Positions 48,401-58,870 of a stretch of DNA of 64,000 nucleotides are shown piece by piece. The stretch covers positions 198,488 to 262,487 of the forward strand of contig JBFWNU010000009.1 in assembly GCA_050250895.1 (NCBI GenBank), read 5' to 3'. The position numbers were made by a program, and so were the translations under genes. The notes below the pieces were generated by a model. It had not been told where the DNA came from. It ran no database searches and saw only the letters and a list, made by a program, of their open reading frames with translations. Source of the stretch: Vulcanimicrobiota bacterium. Its GTDB lineage: Bacteria > Vulcanimicrobiota > Xenobia > Xenobiales > JADMJV01. Within the stretch, counting starts at the first letter, position 1. Each line of letters begins with the position of its first letter.

Positions 48401-49135
48401 CTACGGGACCGAATCGAAGGGATGCATGGTGTCGGCCTGGTGCATCTGATCAAAGGGATGCATCGGGCCGTACGGCGTCAAGTGCCCGCAAGGAAAGCGA
48501 TGAGCGCAGGGCATCAGGTGCTGGCACGGCACTCGCCTCACCGTGGGTGTCGGGGCCGGACCACCCCCACGATAGCCTGTTAGAACGAGTTCTGCTCGCA
48601 CGTGGCCTGGACTATGCGTGTCCCAAGCCGGTGAGGGAGGCAGGGAGCGCAGGTATCCCAAGACGGGTTCAACATCATACCCCGCGGCGGCCAGAAAGCG
48701 CCCCGCGTAGACGTCGGCTTCATCCTCGTCCTGAGTGTGCGTAAACCGCATGCGCCATTGGTTGCCCTGTGGGTTATAGATGTTCGGGACGTGTCCCAGG
48801 GCCTGATGACCCCATTCGTGGGCAAACTTGTAAGCGTGGATCGGTCTTGGCTTCTGCATCGTCGAGACATCCAAGATGATCACTCCCCCCGGCCTGGCTT
48901 CCCCCCAGCGGAAGGTTTGCCCAAAGACCACCTGAAATTCCTGACCCGAGAATTGGCGTAGCTCTTGATAGATTTCCCAAGCTTCTTGCTGGTTGGGGCC
49001 CAGATTTCTCAAACCGTTATAGTAGTCGGACCACTCTTGCAGTTCGTAGCCCGAGCCCTGGGCCAGGCATGGCCCGGACGAAGAAAGCAGAACAAAGAAA
49101 ACCAGAACACCAATGAAGAACCTACTCAAGTACAT
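48401..49135 (-). CDS. Exported M48-like zinc metallopeptidase with Cys/His repeat tail
   Basis: Signal peptide; AHEWGH, EDEADVYA, GYD, THSPG..R. Confidence 0.75.
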   Translation of the reverse strand: MYLSRFFIGVLVFFVLLSSSGPCLAQGSGYELQEWSDYYNGLRNLGPNQQEAWEIYQELRQFSGQEFQVVFGQTFRWGEARPGGVIILDVSTMQKPRPIHAYKFAHEWGHQALGHVPNIYNPQGNQWRMRFTHTQDEDEADVYAGRFLAAAGYDVEPVLGYLRSLPPSPAWDTHSPGHVRAELVLTGYRGGGPAPTPTVRRVPCQHLMPCAHRFPCGHLTPYGPMHPFDQMHQADTMHPFDSVP

Positions 49136-49251
49136 TCGATACCCCCGAAAGAAGAATGGATAATCTACACTTTTCACCCGGAGCCAGAGTTCCTGCCCTG
49201 CGCGTCCGGGTGGCCCTGGATCTCGGGCCGTCGAGTCGCTATAATAAAAGG

Positions 49252-49674
49252 ATGAAGAGGCGATTTGACCAACTTGCAGCCAGTGTAGCTTTCCTACTTC
49301 TCTCGATAGCCGTCTACCACGCCGGCATCGACTATCTCCACACCAAGACCCAAGACTCACCCGCTGGCGTCTGGAAACAGTACGTCGAATACGACGGCGA
49401 AACGTTCTATCTCGCGACCTTCCGCTTTGACGAGCACAACCAAGATTTTCAGGTCGAATGCCTCGATGTGTCGCCAATGGCCTATCCCCAGTCCGGCTTT
49501 CGCACCTTCGGACACTACTACGACGGCACCAACTGGATGTTCCACTCGGATTGGCACGAGCACGGTGTCGCCCTGTTCCAACTGACGAAGGTCGAAGATG
49601 GTCGCTTCGAAGGATGGGCTTATCTACACGGCAAGAAACGCCCTTACAAGCACATCCTCGTCAGAGCAGAGTAG
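49252..49674 (+). CDS. Hypothetical membrane-anchored protein
   Basis: N-terminal TM; TATAAT 6 nt upstream; followed by a terminator. Confidence 0.65.
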   Translation: MKRRFDQLAASVAFLLLSIAVYHAGIDYLHTKTQDSPAGVWKQYVEYDGETFYLATFRFDEHNQDFQVECLDVSPMAYPQSGFRTFGHYYDGTNWMFHSDWHEHGVALFQLTKVEDGRFEGWAYLHGKKRPYKHILVRAE

Positions 49675-49687
49675 AACAACGCCAAGG

Positions 49688-49720
49688 AACGCCGGGTCAC
49701 CAGGTGGCCCGGCGTTTTTT
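49688..49720 (+). terminator. Intrinsic terminator
   Basis: aacgccgggtcacc/ggtggcccggcgtt stem followed by a T-run. Confidence 0.8.
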
Positions 49721-49804
49721 CTATGGCCGCGCGCAGGAGTCCGGGGCTGCGCCTAGTAGTCTGCACGATATTTTTTCGCGGAATCGCCGCCAGAAAGGCA
49801 CCCC

Positions 49805-50953
49805 ATGGCCAGGCCGGAAGTTCAGATGGTCGATCTCAAGACCGAATACCAGCAGATCAAGGAAGAAGTGGATCAGGCCGTGCTTGCCTGTCTCGAGTCG
49901 ACGGCCTTCATCAAAGGCCCCGATGTGGTCAGCTTCGAGGCTGAATTTGCCGAATATCTCGGCGTCAAGCACGTCATTAGCTGTGCCAACGGCACCGATG
50001 CCCTGCAACTGGCCCTGATGGCCCTTGAGCTCAAGCCGGGTGACGAAGTGATCGTGCCAGCCTTCACCTACGTAGCCACCGCCGAAGTCGTCTCTCTGTT
50101 GGGCTTGACGCCGGTCATGGTCGATGTCGACCCTGACACCTTCAACGTCGAGCGGGTTCACGTCGAGCGGGCCATAACCCAGGCCACCAAAGCCATCGTA
50201 CCGGTTCATCTCTTCGGCCAGTGTGTCGACATGGATCCGTTGCTCGAGGTAGCCAAAGAGCACGGAATTCCGGTCATCGAAGACACGGCCCAGGCCATCG
50301 GCGCCGACTATACGGGCGCCGACGGCGTGCCGCGCAAGGCCGGCACGATTGGCACCATCGGATGCACCTCGTTCTTCCCGACCAAAAACCTGGGATGTTA
50401 TGGCGATGGCGGGGCCATCATGACCAATGACGACGAACTGGCCCATCGGCTGCGGATGATCTCGAATCACGGGCAAGAGCGCAAGTATTATCACGATATC
50501 GTAGGCGTCAATTCTCGTCTAGATACCCTTCAGGCGGCCATTTTACGAATAAAGCTACGCCGCCTGAAAGAGTATGTGGCGGCCCGCCAGCGGGCGGCCG
50601 CCCACTATGACAAGGTCTTGGCCGACTGCCCCGGCATTCAGGCTCCGGCTCGCCATCCGCGCTCGAGCCACAGCTTCCACCAATACACGCTCAAAGTCGA
50701 ACGTGAGCGGCGGGATGCCATGCAGGCCTACCTGCAAGAAAAGGGCGTGCCGACCAACGTCTACTATCCGCTGCCGCTGCATCATCAGAAGGCGTTTGCC
50801 GACCTGCGGGGTACCCAGCCGCTGACCGTCTCTGAGCAGCTGTCTGAAGAGGTGGTCTCCCTGCCCATGCACACCCAGTTGACCCAGGAACAGCTCGAGC
50901 ACGTCACTTCGAATGTCGCTGAATACTGCACACGGGAGTTGGGGCGTGTCTGA
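49805..50953 (+). CDS. DegT-family aminotransferase (WbpE-like)
   Basis: ANGTDAL, VHLFGQ, EDTAQA, SFFPTKNLGCYGDGG, NSRLD. Confidence 0.92.
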   Translation: MARPEVQMVDLKTEYQQIKEEVDQAVLACLESTAFIKGPDVVSFEAEFAEYLGVKHVISCANGTDALQLALMALELKPGDEVIVPAFTYVATAEVVSLLGLTPVMVDVDPDTFNVERVHVERAITQATKAIVPVHLFGQCVDMDPLLEVAKEHGIPVIEDTAQAIGADYTGADGVPRKAGTIGTIGCTSFFPTKNLGCYGDGGAIMTNDDELAHRLRMISNHGQERKYYHDIVGVNSRLDTLQAAILRIKLRRLKEYVAARQRAAAHYDKVLADCPGIQAPARHPRSSHSFHQYTLKVERERRDAMQAYLQEKGVPTNVYYPLPLHHQKAFADLRGTQPLTVSEQLSEEVVSLPMHTQLTQEQLEHVTSNVAEYCTRELGRV

Positions 50954-51992
50954 ACGTCATCACGGACCGGTCCGTTTTGCTATCGTTGGTTGTGGCCACA
51001 TCGGAAAACGGCACGCTCAGATGGTGGTCGACCATCCCGAGGCCGAGCTGACCGCGCTGTGCGACATCCGTCCGCGCACCGAGTTGGCCCTCGAGCCGTT
51101 TGATGTTCCTTTCTATCACGATCTCGAAGACATGTTGGCCGAAGAATTCGACGTGCTGTGTGTCTGTACGCCCAACGGCTATCATGCCAGTCAGGCGCTC
51201 AAAGGCCTCGAAGCCCGCAGGCATGTCGTTTGCGAAAAACCTATGGGACTGACCCGGGCCGAGTGCGAAAACGTCATCTACAAGGCTCTCAACAAGTCGC
51301 GGCACGTGTTCTGCGTCATGCAGAATCGCTACTCTCCCCCCTCGGTCTGGCTCAAGGATGTCATCGAAGAGGGTGTTCTGGGCGACATCTACATGGTTCA
51401 GCTCAACTGCTATTGGAACCGCGACGACCGCTACTATCGCCCGGACGGCAGGCCGCATCCCTGGAAAGGGAAACGCGCTCTTGACGGCGGCCCGTTGTAC
51501 ACGCAGTTTTCGCACTTCATCGATATCATGTACTGGCTCTTCGGCGATATCACCGACATCCAGGCCCGCTTTGACAACTTCAATCATCACGACAACACCG
51601 AGTTCGAAGACTCGGGGCTGGTCAGCTTCAAGTTCGTCAACGGTGGTATCGGCTGCCTCAACTACTCGACCTCGGTCTGGGGCAGCAACCTCGAAAGCAG
51701 CCTGCAGGTCATCGGCAGCCGTGGCAGCCTCAAGGTCGGTGGACAGTATATGAACGCCGTCGAAACCTGCAATATCGAAAACTACCAGATGCCGGTGCTA
51801 CCCGAAGGACAGCCGGCGAATCAGTACCAGGGCTACACCGGCTCGGCCGCCAACCATGTCTTCGTCATCGAGAACGTCATCGACGTCATTCGGGGACGCA
51901 AGACCATCACCACCAACGCCCTCGAGGGCCTGAAGGTGGTCGACATCATCGAGCGCATCTATGCGGTGAGGCCCGATTTCGTCAGGGTTTAG
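50946..51992 (+). CDS. Gfo/Idh/MocA oxidoreductase (WbpB-like)
   Basis: GCGHIG, TPNGYH, CEKPM, QNRY, DGG...QFSHFID. Confidence 0.9.
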   Translation: MSERHHGPVRFAIVGCGHIGKRHAQMVVDHPEAELTALCDIRPRTELALEPFDVPFYHDLEDMLAEEFDVLCVCTPNGYHASQALKGLEARRHVVCEKPMGLTRAECENVIYKALNKSRHVFCVMQNRYSPPSVWLKDVIEEGVLGDIYMVQLNCYWNRDDRYYRPDGRPHPWKGKRALDGGPLYTQFSHFIDIMYWLFGDITDIQARFDNFNHHDNTEFEDSGLVSFKFVNGGIGCLNYSTSVWGSNLESSLQVIGSRGSLKVGGQYMNAVETCNIENYQMPVLPEGQPANQYQGYTGSAANHVFVIENVIDVIRGRKTITTNALEGLKVVDIIERIYAVRPDFVRV

Positions 51993-53173
51993 TCGCCTAC
52001 GATGACGGTCACGTCGGGCAAGCCCGCTCGGGCCGGCTCGTGCTCGATGGCTAGATCCCCCAGAAAGAGTTTGAGTTGCTTTTCTATACCGGGATGTTCG
52101 GTGCGCACGATAGCGGTGTTGCGGGTATAGACCCTCGCCCCGCCCAATCTCGAGCGCGATAGGGCAAAGCCGGCTTGGTGCAGTTTGATGGCCACGGCGG
52201 CGCTGGCTCCGGGCACCTGGGTGCCGTTGACCACTTCGGTGTCGAGTTCTCCCAACGACGGGTCGGGCACCAGGGTGAAGAGTTGGCGGACCAGATCGTG
52301 GGTCTCTTCTTCGTAGGGGATGAGATAGGCGATGTCGTCGATCCAGGCGTCACCACATGGCACCGTGCCCTTGCGAAGGCGAGAGAGGGGAAAGCTCCGA
52401 TAGAGGTTGCCCAGGCCCATCATCTGTTCGGTGGTCAGGTCGGTCTCGAGGTTTTCACGAGCCAGCTCGGCGAACTGGGGAATTCGCTTGAGATTGGCTG
52501 GTTTCTTCAGCTCTCGTACCAGAGCGGTCAAGAACTGCTGCTGGCGCCGCATGCGGCCGAAGTCTCCTTCTTCGTCGTGGCGAAAGCGACAGTATCCCAC
52601 CACCTGCTTGCCGTTGAGGCGCTGGGGGCCGGGCTCGAGATGCACGTGAAAATGGGCCCAGTTGTCGTCGTAGTGCATCTCTTTTTCGACCGTGAGCGGC
52701 ACGCCGCCCAGGGTATCGACCAGTTTCGCGGCCGCATCGACCTTGACCAGGATATGGTGGTCGATCTTGATCCCCAGGAAATCCTCGACGGTGGCCCGGG
52801 CGGCCCACGGCCCGCCCAGGGCGAAGGCATCGTTGATCTTGGTGTATTGGCCAGCGGCCTCGACATAAACGCGGCTATCGCGCGGCACCGACAACATGGA
52901 AAGCGCACTGCCAAACCGGTCGACGCGAACCACCACGATCGTGTCCGAGCGTGCCCCCTTGGTGTAGCGGATCGCCCGGTTGGTGTAATTATAGTCCACG
53001 CCCAGCAGCAGGATATTCATGCTGGTGCGCTCGCCAAACGCCGCCTTGCCGGGGTCAAAAACGGCGGCGGTTACCGCCTCGCCCGTCTCGGAGCGCAAGA
53101 GAGCATAAGCCCCGATGGCCAGAAACACCACCCAGACAGCGCACAAAATCAAAAGCCAGCGCCATTGACGCAT
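51989..53173 (-). CDS. LCP (LytR-CpsA-Psr) family protein with LytR_C domain
   Basis: NILLLGVD, RSDT, SVPRD, RFRH...DFGR.RRQQ; EVVNGT..G. Confidence 0.92.
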   Translation of the reverse strand: MRQWRWLLILCAVWVVFLAIGAYALLRSETGEAVTAAVFDPGKAAFGERTSMNILLLGVDYNYTNRAIRYTKGARSDTIVVVRVDRFGSALSMLSVPRDSRVYVEAAGQYTKINDAFALGGPWAARATVEDFLGIKIDHHILVKVDAAAKLVDTLGGVPLTVEKEMHYDDNWAHFHVHLEPGPQRLNGKQVVGYCRFRHDEEGDFGRMRRQQQFLTALVRELKKPANLKRIPQFAELARENLETDLTTEQMMGLGNLYRSFPLSRLRKGTVPCGDAWIDDIAYLIPYEEETHDLVRQLFTLVPDPSLGELDTEVVNGTQVPGASAAVAIKLHQAGFALSRSRLGGARVYTRNTAIVRTEHPGIEKQLKLFLGDLAIEHEPARAGLPDVTVIVGD

Positions 53174-53270
53174 GGGAACTAAGGTTCTGCTGCCCCGGGC
53201 TAGCTCCTCTCCGAAGGAGGCCTTGGTCTAATCGGCGAAACCTCGGCCAATTCAGGAGGTGGCCAAATCC

Positions 53271-54767
53271 ATGACCCTAGCAAGTCCGAAAACCAAGAAG
53301 TTCACGAGCTATATCGGAGGGGAGTGGGTCGAGCCCGAGTCGGGCAAGTCGGTTCCCAACATCAATCCCGCCAACGGCGAGTCGCTGGGCGACGTGATGC
53401 TGGCCAGCCGTGCCGACACCAAGCGAGCCATCGAACTGGCCGCCAAAGCCTTCCCCGGCTGGAAGGCCACGCCGGCACCAGTGCGAGGCAACTACTTCTT
53501 CAAAGTGGTCCGTCTGATGGAAGAGCGCCGCGAAGAGCTGGCTCGCGCCCTGACCCTGGAAGAGGGTAAGCTATACAAAGAAGCCCTGGGCGAGGTGCAA
53601 AAGACCATCAACATCGTCGAGTTCATCGCCGGCGAAGGCCGACGTATGAGCGGCGAGACCACCCCGTCCGAGATGCCCAACACGTTTGCCTACACCATCA
53701 AGCAGCCCCTGGGCGTGGTTGGGCTCATCACTCCCTGGAACTTCCCGGTGGCGATTCCGATGTGGAAAATCGCTCCCGCGCTGGTGGCGGGCAACACGGT
53801 GGTCTTGAAACCGGCCACCAACACCCCCTGGACAGCCAGCTTGCTGATGGAAATCATGCACGACGCCGGCATTCCGGCCGGGGTCATCAACATGGTGGTG
53901 GGCAAGGGCAGCGAGGTGGGCGACGAGATCGTCAATAATCCCACCGTGCGGGCCCTCTCCTTCACGGGCTCGAACGAGGTCGGCCAGGGGCTCTACCTGC
54001 AGGGTGCCCAGCGTGGCGTCAAGGTCCAGTGCGAGATGGGCGGCAAAAACCCCATTGTGGTGCTGGAAGACGCCGATATCGACCTGGCCGTGGAAGCCAC
54101 GGTGCAGGGCGCTTTCGGTTCGACCGGCCAGCGCTGTACCGCCACTTCGCGAGCTATCGTGGTCCATCAGATTGCTGATGAGTTCGTCGAGAAACTGGTG
54201 GCTCGGACCAAGAAGTTCGTAGTGGGTGACGGCATGAAGGACGGGGTCCATATGGGTCCTAGCGTCGATGAGGGCCAGATGAACACCGTGCTCGAGGGGA
54301 TCGAGAAAGCCAAAGAATCTAAGGCGAAGCTGCTCTTGGGCGGCGGCCGCCTAACCGATGGCGAGTTTTCCAAAGGCTATTTCATCCAGCCCACTCTCTT
54401 CGACCATGTGAGCCGCGACGATTTTCTGGCCAACGAAGAGCTCTTCGGCCCGGTGCTGGCGGTCATTCGCGTCAAAGACCTGCACGAGGCGCTCGAAGTG
54501 GCCAACTCGGTGCGCTACGGTCTGTCGTCTTCGATCTACACCTATGACACCAACCGGGTCTTCCGCTTCATCGACGAAATCGAGACGGGGATCACCCACG
54601 TCAACTCACCCACTATGGGCGGCGAAGCCCAACTGCCCTTCGGCGGCGTGAAAGCCACCGGTGTGGGCACCCGCGAGCAGGGCAAGGTGGCCATCGACTT
54701 CTTTACCGAACTCAAGACCGTTTACGTCGACTACACCGGCGAAAAGCGCGAAACCAACATTTACTAG
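53271..54767 (+). CDS. Aldehyde dehydrogenase (KGSADH/YcbD-like)
   Basis: ITPWNFP, FTGS, EMGGKN, GQRCTA, EELFGP, PFGG.K. Confidence 0.93.
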   Translation: MTLASPKTKKFTSYIGGEWVEPESGKSVPNINPANGESLGDVMLASRADTKRAIELAAKAFPGWKATPAPVRGNYFFKVVRLMEERREELARALTLEEGKLYKEALGEVQKTINIVEFIAGEGRRMSGETTPSEMPNTFAYTIKQPLGVVGLITPWNFPVAIPMWKIAPALVAGNTVVLKPATNTPWTASLLMEIMHDAGIPAGVINMVVGKGSEVGDEIVNNPTVRALSFTGSNEVGQGLYLQGAQRGVKVQCEMGGKNPIVVLEDADIDLAVEATVQGAFGSTGQRCTATSRAIVVHQIADEFVEKLVARTKKFVVGDGMKDGVHMGPSVDEGQMNTVLEGIEKAKESKAKLLLGGGRLTDGEFSKGYFIQPTLFDHVSRDDFLANEELFGPVLAVIRVKDLHEALEVANSVRYGLSSSIYTYDTNRVFRFIDEIETGITHVNSPTMGGEAQLPFGGVKATGVGTREQGKVAIDFFTELKTVYVDYTGEKRETNIY

Positions 54768-55660
54768 TGACCCAAACGCCCCCACGCCGGCACCAGAGCG
54801 GGCAGCCGCTCAGTCCGGCCATGGAAGACTATCTTAAGACCATTTACCTCATCACCCGCGACGAGGACAAGGTGACGACCCAGTCGTTGGCTGAGCGGCT
54901 CGAGGTGTCGCCCGCCTCGGTGACCAACATGCTCAAGCGATTGTCGGAACTGCAGTTGGTCGACTACACGAAGTACAAGCCGGTCGAACTGACTGACGCC
55001 GGACGCAAGGTGGCCATGGAGATGATCCGCCACCATCGGTTGCTCGAACTCTATCTGACCGAGGCGCTGGGCTTCTCGTGGGACGAGGTCCACGCCGAGG
55101 CAGAATTGCTAGAACACTTCATCTCGGAGAAGCTCGAGGCCAAAATCGATGAAGCTTTGGGCTTTCCGTCGCATGACCCCCACGGCTCGCCGATACCTAC
55201 CCTCGACGGCGAAATCTCGGCCCGGCCTTCGGGCCTGCTCTCAGAACAGAGTGCTGGCCAACTGGTGGAAGTGATTCAAGTGGTCGACACCGCCGCCGAG
55301 ATGCTGCGCCGCCTGGAAGAAGTCGGAATCGTGCCGGGGGTGACCATCCGGGTGCTGGGCATGCCAGAGGGCGGTTCGGCTCATTTGCGCGTCGGAGTGA
55401 CCGAGCGCCTGCTCGAACCCGACCTGTGCGCCTATGTCAGGGTTGGGCCGGTGGAAGCCGAATGGGGGTCTCGCCTGTGCGCTAACGACTTGCCGACGGG
55501 TAGCCGCGCCGTGGTCGTTAGAGTTCGCGCCCAACTGGAAGCCTCGGGCTTCAAGCTAGGCGCCAGCGTCGAGCGCGACCAGGACGCATTCCTGGTCGAC
55601 GGAGAGGCTATTCCTCTGACGCCGACTCAGGCTCGCTGGTTGGTGGTGGAGCTTCGCTGA
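54767..55660 (+). CDS. DtxR/MntR metal-dependent regulator with FeoA-like domains
   Basis: EDYLK.IY, SVTNML, RHHRLLE, EAE.LEH, DPHGSPIP. Confidence 0.92.
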   Translation: MTQTPPRRHQSGQPLSPAMEDYLKTIYLITRDEDKVTTQSLAERLEVSPASVTNMLKRLSELQLVDYTKYKPVELTDAGRKVAMEMIRHHRLLELYLTEALGFSWDEVHAEAELLEHFISEKLEAKIDEALGFPSHDPHGSPIPTLDGEISARPSGLLSEQSAGQLVEVIQVVDTAAEMLRRLEEVGIVPGVTIRVLGMPEGGSAHLRVGVTERLLEPDLCAYVRVGPVEAEWGSRLCANDLPTGSRAVVVRVRAQLEASGFKLGASVERDQDAFLVDGEAIPLTPTQARWLVVELR

Positions 55661-55994
55661 CGACCTCCGGCGGGTCGGGCACGCCGAAGCCGGCGTCGAC
55701 CCCTGAGACCACCCACAATAATGCCGACAGCGCCAGCGCGCCGAGAATCTTCGGCAGCAGACCGGTAATGGGTGCGAAATCCAGGGTAGTGGTGAGGGTG
55801 TCATAGAAGGTCTTGATGTTGCTCAGAGTGACGAAGAGAAAGCCGCCGAACGTCAGCGAGAACGAGGTGATGAAGAAGTAGGCTTTGCCGCGCTGCCCGT
55901 TGACCCATTGACCGGCCCCGGGATAGACCAATAGCGACAGGGCCACCGCTTTGGCAACCCGGTTTGACTTGGTGTCTATTTGTGGCTCCCCCAT
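55608..55994 (-). CDS. Hypothetical membrane protein
   Basis: LSLLVYPGAGQ..NGQ..K motif, three TMs. Confidence 0.6.
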   Translation of the reverse strand: MGEPQIDTKSNRVAKAVALSLLVYPGAGQWVNGQRGKAYFFITSFSLTFGGFLFVTLSNIKTFYDTLTTTLDFAPITGLLPKILGALALSALLWVVSGVDAGFGVPDPPEVVSEAPPPTSEPESASEE

Positions 55995-56083
55995 GTTAGA
56001 AGAGTTGGCTGAAACTGGGCGTTCCCCTCTAAGGCCGGTAGAGCCCGCGTTTAAAATACGGGTTCAACGGGAATGCGGGGGGG

Positions 56084-57121
56084 GTGAAGCCTGTCAGGAT
56101 GGCGGTCGTTGGTCTCGGCTATTGGGGACCGAACCTGGCCCGAAACATTTCCATCTGCCCCAACACGACTCTGACTTATCTGGTCGAACTCGACCCGGAG
56201 CGCTTGGCTCGTAATGCCCGGCTCTATCCGGCCGCCAATGCTATATCCGACCTGGAACAGGCCCTCAACGACCCAGAACTCGAGGTGGTGGCCATCGCCA
56301 CTCCGGTAGAGTCCCATTATCCTCTGGCCAAAGCCTGCTTAGAGGCCGGCAAGCACGTTCTCGTGGAAAAACCGATGACGAAGTCGGTGGCCGAGGCCGA
56401 GGAGTTGGTCGCGCTCGCCGGGCGCAAATCTCTCAAACTGATGGTCGACCACACCTATAATTACACCTCGGCCGTGCAGAAGATTCGCGAAATCGTGAGG
56501 AACGGAGAGCTTGGTGACATTCTCTATTGGGACTCGGTGCGGATCAACCTGGGTCTGTTCAACCACGACGTCAACGTGGTCTGGGACCTGGCTCCCCATG
56601 ACCTGGCCGTGCTTGATTACGTATTGGGTGAGAGCCCCGTATCCCTTCAAGCCAAAGGCGTAGCACACTATGCGGACAAGTTGGAAAACATCGCCTATCT
56701 TACTCTGAACTTTGAAAGTCACCCGATCGCCCATTTTCACTTCAACTGGTTGGCGCCGGTCAAGGTACGCACCACCATGATCGGCGGCACCCGGAAAATG
56801 ATCGTTTACGACGACATGGAGCCCTCCGAGAAGGTGAAAGTCTATGACAAGGGAGTGGATCTCAACGGTGGGGACGCCGGGCGCTATACCACCCTCGTCC
56901 AATACCGTGTGGGGGACATGTACGCTCCGCACATCGCCAACATAGAGGCCCTTCAGGTAGAGATCGCCCATGTGGCCCGGGTCATTCGGGGCGAAGAAGA
57001 ACCCCTGACGAGTGGTGAACTGGGGCTACGAGTCGTCAGAATTCTCGAAGCCGCCCAGCGAAGCATCGAACGCAACGGTGAAACCGTCCATTTGCAACCG
57101 CTTACGACCGCAACCCACTAG
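56084..57121 (+). CDS. Gfo/Idh/MocA oxidoreductase
   Basis: GLGYWGPNLARN, VEKP, DHTY, WDLAPHD. Confidence 0.92.
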   Translation: MKPVRMAVVGLGYWGPNLARNISICPNTTLTYLVELDPERLARNARLYPAANAISDLEQALNDPELEVVAIATPVESHYPLAKACLEAGKHVLVEKPMTKSVAEAEELVALAGRKSLKLMVDHTYNYTSAVQKIREIVRNGELGDILYWDSVRINLGLFNHDVNVVWDLAPHDLAVLDYVLGESPVSLQAKGVAHYADKLENIAYLTLNFESHPIAHFHFNWLAPVKVRTTMIGGTRKMIVYDDMEPSEKVKVYDKGVDLNGGDAGRYTTLVQYRVGDMYAPHIANIEALQVEIAHVARVIRGEEEPLTSGELGLRVVRILEAAQRSIERNGETVHLQPLTTATH

Positions 57122-57157
57122 CGGCGAGTAACCAACCTTTTGAAAAGGAGTCCTGCG

Positions 57158-57646
57158 ATGCCCATCGCTGAGTCTGTCACCCTCGGAAATAATGTCGCCA
57201 TCCCCCAACCCGACCTGGTCAACCTCTATGGCTGTAGTATTGGTGACGGCAGCAAGATCGGTGCCTTTGTCGAGATTCAAAAGAACGCCTACATCGGCGC
57301 ACGCTGCAAAGTCAGTTCACACTCTTTCCTTTGCGAGGGCGTGACCATTGAGGACGAGGTGTTCATAGGTCATGGCGTCATGTTCATCAACGATAAATAC
57401 CCCCGTGCCACCAACGAAGACGGCTCGCTTCAGACCGAGGAGCATTGGAGCGCGCTCGCCACCCAGGTGAAGCGGCGAGCGTCGATAGGGACCAACGCCA
57501 CGATCTCGGGCGGTATCACCATCGGCGAAGGTGCCATTGTCGGCGCTGGAGCGATGGTTACCCGCGATGTACCAGACTATGCCGTCGTAGCTGGGGTACC
57601 TGCCAAGATTATCGGCAATGTATGGTCCACCAATAAGACACTGTAG
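57158..57646 (+). CDS. Hexapeptide-repeat sugar N-acetyltransferase (WbpD/FdtC-like)
   Basis: VNLYGC.IG, FVEIQK, FIGHGV.F.ND.YPR, GVPAK; SD AGGAG. Confidence 0.9.
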   Translation: MPIAESVTLGNNVAIPQPDLVNLYGCSIGDGSKIGAFVEIQKNAYIGARCKVSSHSFLCEGVTIEDEVFIGHGVMFINDKYPRATNEDGSLQTEEHWSALATQVKRRASIGTNATISGGITIGEGAIVGAGAMVTRDVPDYAVVAGVPAKIIGNVWSTNKTL

Positions 57647-57724
57647 TCCTGACCAAATCTTGACAGGGAAGCGTTATCCTCCATTGAAGAAGCGGCGCGG
57701 CACCCCGTTCAACGAGGAGGCAGT

Positions 57725-58870
57725 GTGAGAATCCTGTATTTGACCACGTTGATGTCCACAGGCGGCATCGAAAGAAACCTGATTCGCTTATGTCAAGAAC
57801 TTACGAAGCGGGGCCACGATGTCCATTTAGGATCGGCCAAAGGCAGCCTGGTCAAGGAGTTTGAGGAGGCTGGGGGTAGACACTATGATCTGTTCGCCAG
57901 AACCAAGCTGGGATTGGTGGGGCGACTCTTGGAAACCGTCAGGGCCGCTCCCCGATTGCTTCGCTTGCTCAAGAGCCTGCAACCTGATGTCGTCCACACG
58001 CAATCGGCTCTGACCAACGCGACCCTTTTTGCCATCAGTCCTTTCTGGCCCGCTCGCAAAAGAACACCCATCATTTCAAGCGTAATGGGCCTCGAAGACC
58101 GACCGGGGGAGTCCAAGTTCGTCGTTCAACTTCGCAATTTCTTCCTCACCATGGGAGTGGATCGGACTCTAATCATTGCACCCGCGATCCAGGCCTTCCT
58201 CGAACAGCTACCCATTCCGCCAGAACGAATGGTTTGGCGGGATGTAGTAGGAATTGAGGTCCCCAGACTGGAGGCAGAACGAGTGGAAAAGGTTCGTCGC
58301 GCACTTGGTGTTTTGCCCGGCGAAAAAGCGGTGATTACGGTGGGCGCTCTTGCGCCCCGCAAGAGCCACGAACTCTTTATTGACACTGCGGCCATCATTT
58401 GTCGCCGACGCAAAGACGTCAAGTTCTTTATCGCCGGAGACGGCTGGAGAAGGGACGAACACGCCCGCCATATCAAAGCCCTGGGCTTGAAGGGGAGTAT
58501 AAGACTACTAGGTGTCCGCAAGGACATCCTCGATGTCATCGCCGCTTGCGATGTTTTGGTCAAGCCCGGCATTGTGGAAGGGTTCATCGGCATCACGGTC
58601 CTCGAAGCGCAGTCACTCAAAGTGCCTACCGCTGCATTTGAAACCGAAGATGTAAAGCTGGCCATCGTCAACGGAGAGACCGGTCTGACCGTGCCCAAGA
58701 AAGACATTCACGGAATGGCTGAAGCCATCACCAGGTTGCTGGAAGACTCTGACCTGCGCCACAAGGTCGTAGAGGCTGGATATCAAAGAGTCTGCGAACG
58801 TTTTTCCATCGAAAGCGTAGTGGACGGCCTGGTAGAGCAATACGAGCAAGAACGAGCGTTGCGACACTAA
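57725..58870 (+). CDS. Glycosyltransferase family 4
   Basis: GGIE, VG.L.PRK, GDG, EGF.GITVLEA, GETGL. Confidence 0.9.
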   Translation: MRILYLTTLMSTGGIERNLIRLCQELTKRGHDVHLGSAKGSLVKEFEEAGGRHYDLFARTKLGLVGRLLETVRAAPRLLRLLKSLQPDVVHTQSALTNATLFAISPFWPARKRTPIISSVMGLEDRPGESKFVVQLRNFFLTMGVDRTLIIAPAIQAFLEQLPIPPERMVWRDVVGIEVPRLEAERVEKVRRALGVLPGEKAVITVGALAPRKSHELFIDTAAIICRRRKDVKFFIAGDGWRRDEHARHIKALGLKGSIRLLGVRKDILDVIAACDVLVKPGIVEGFIGITVLEAQSLKVPTAAFETEDVKLAIVNGETGLTVPKKDIHGMAEAITRLLEDSDLRHKVVEAGYQRVCERFSIESVVDGLVEQYEQERALRH

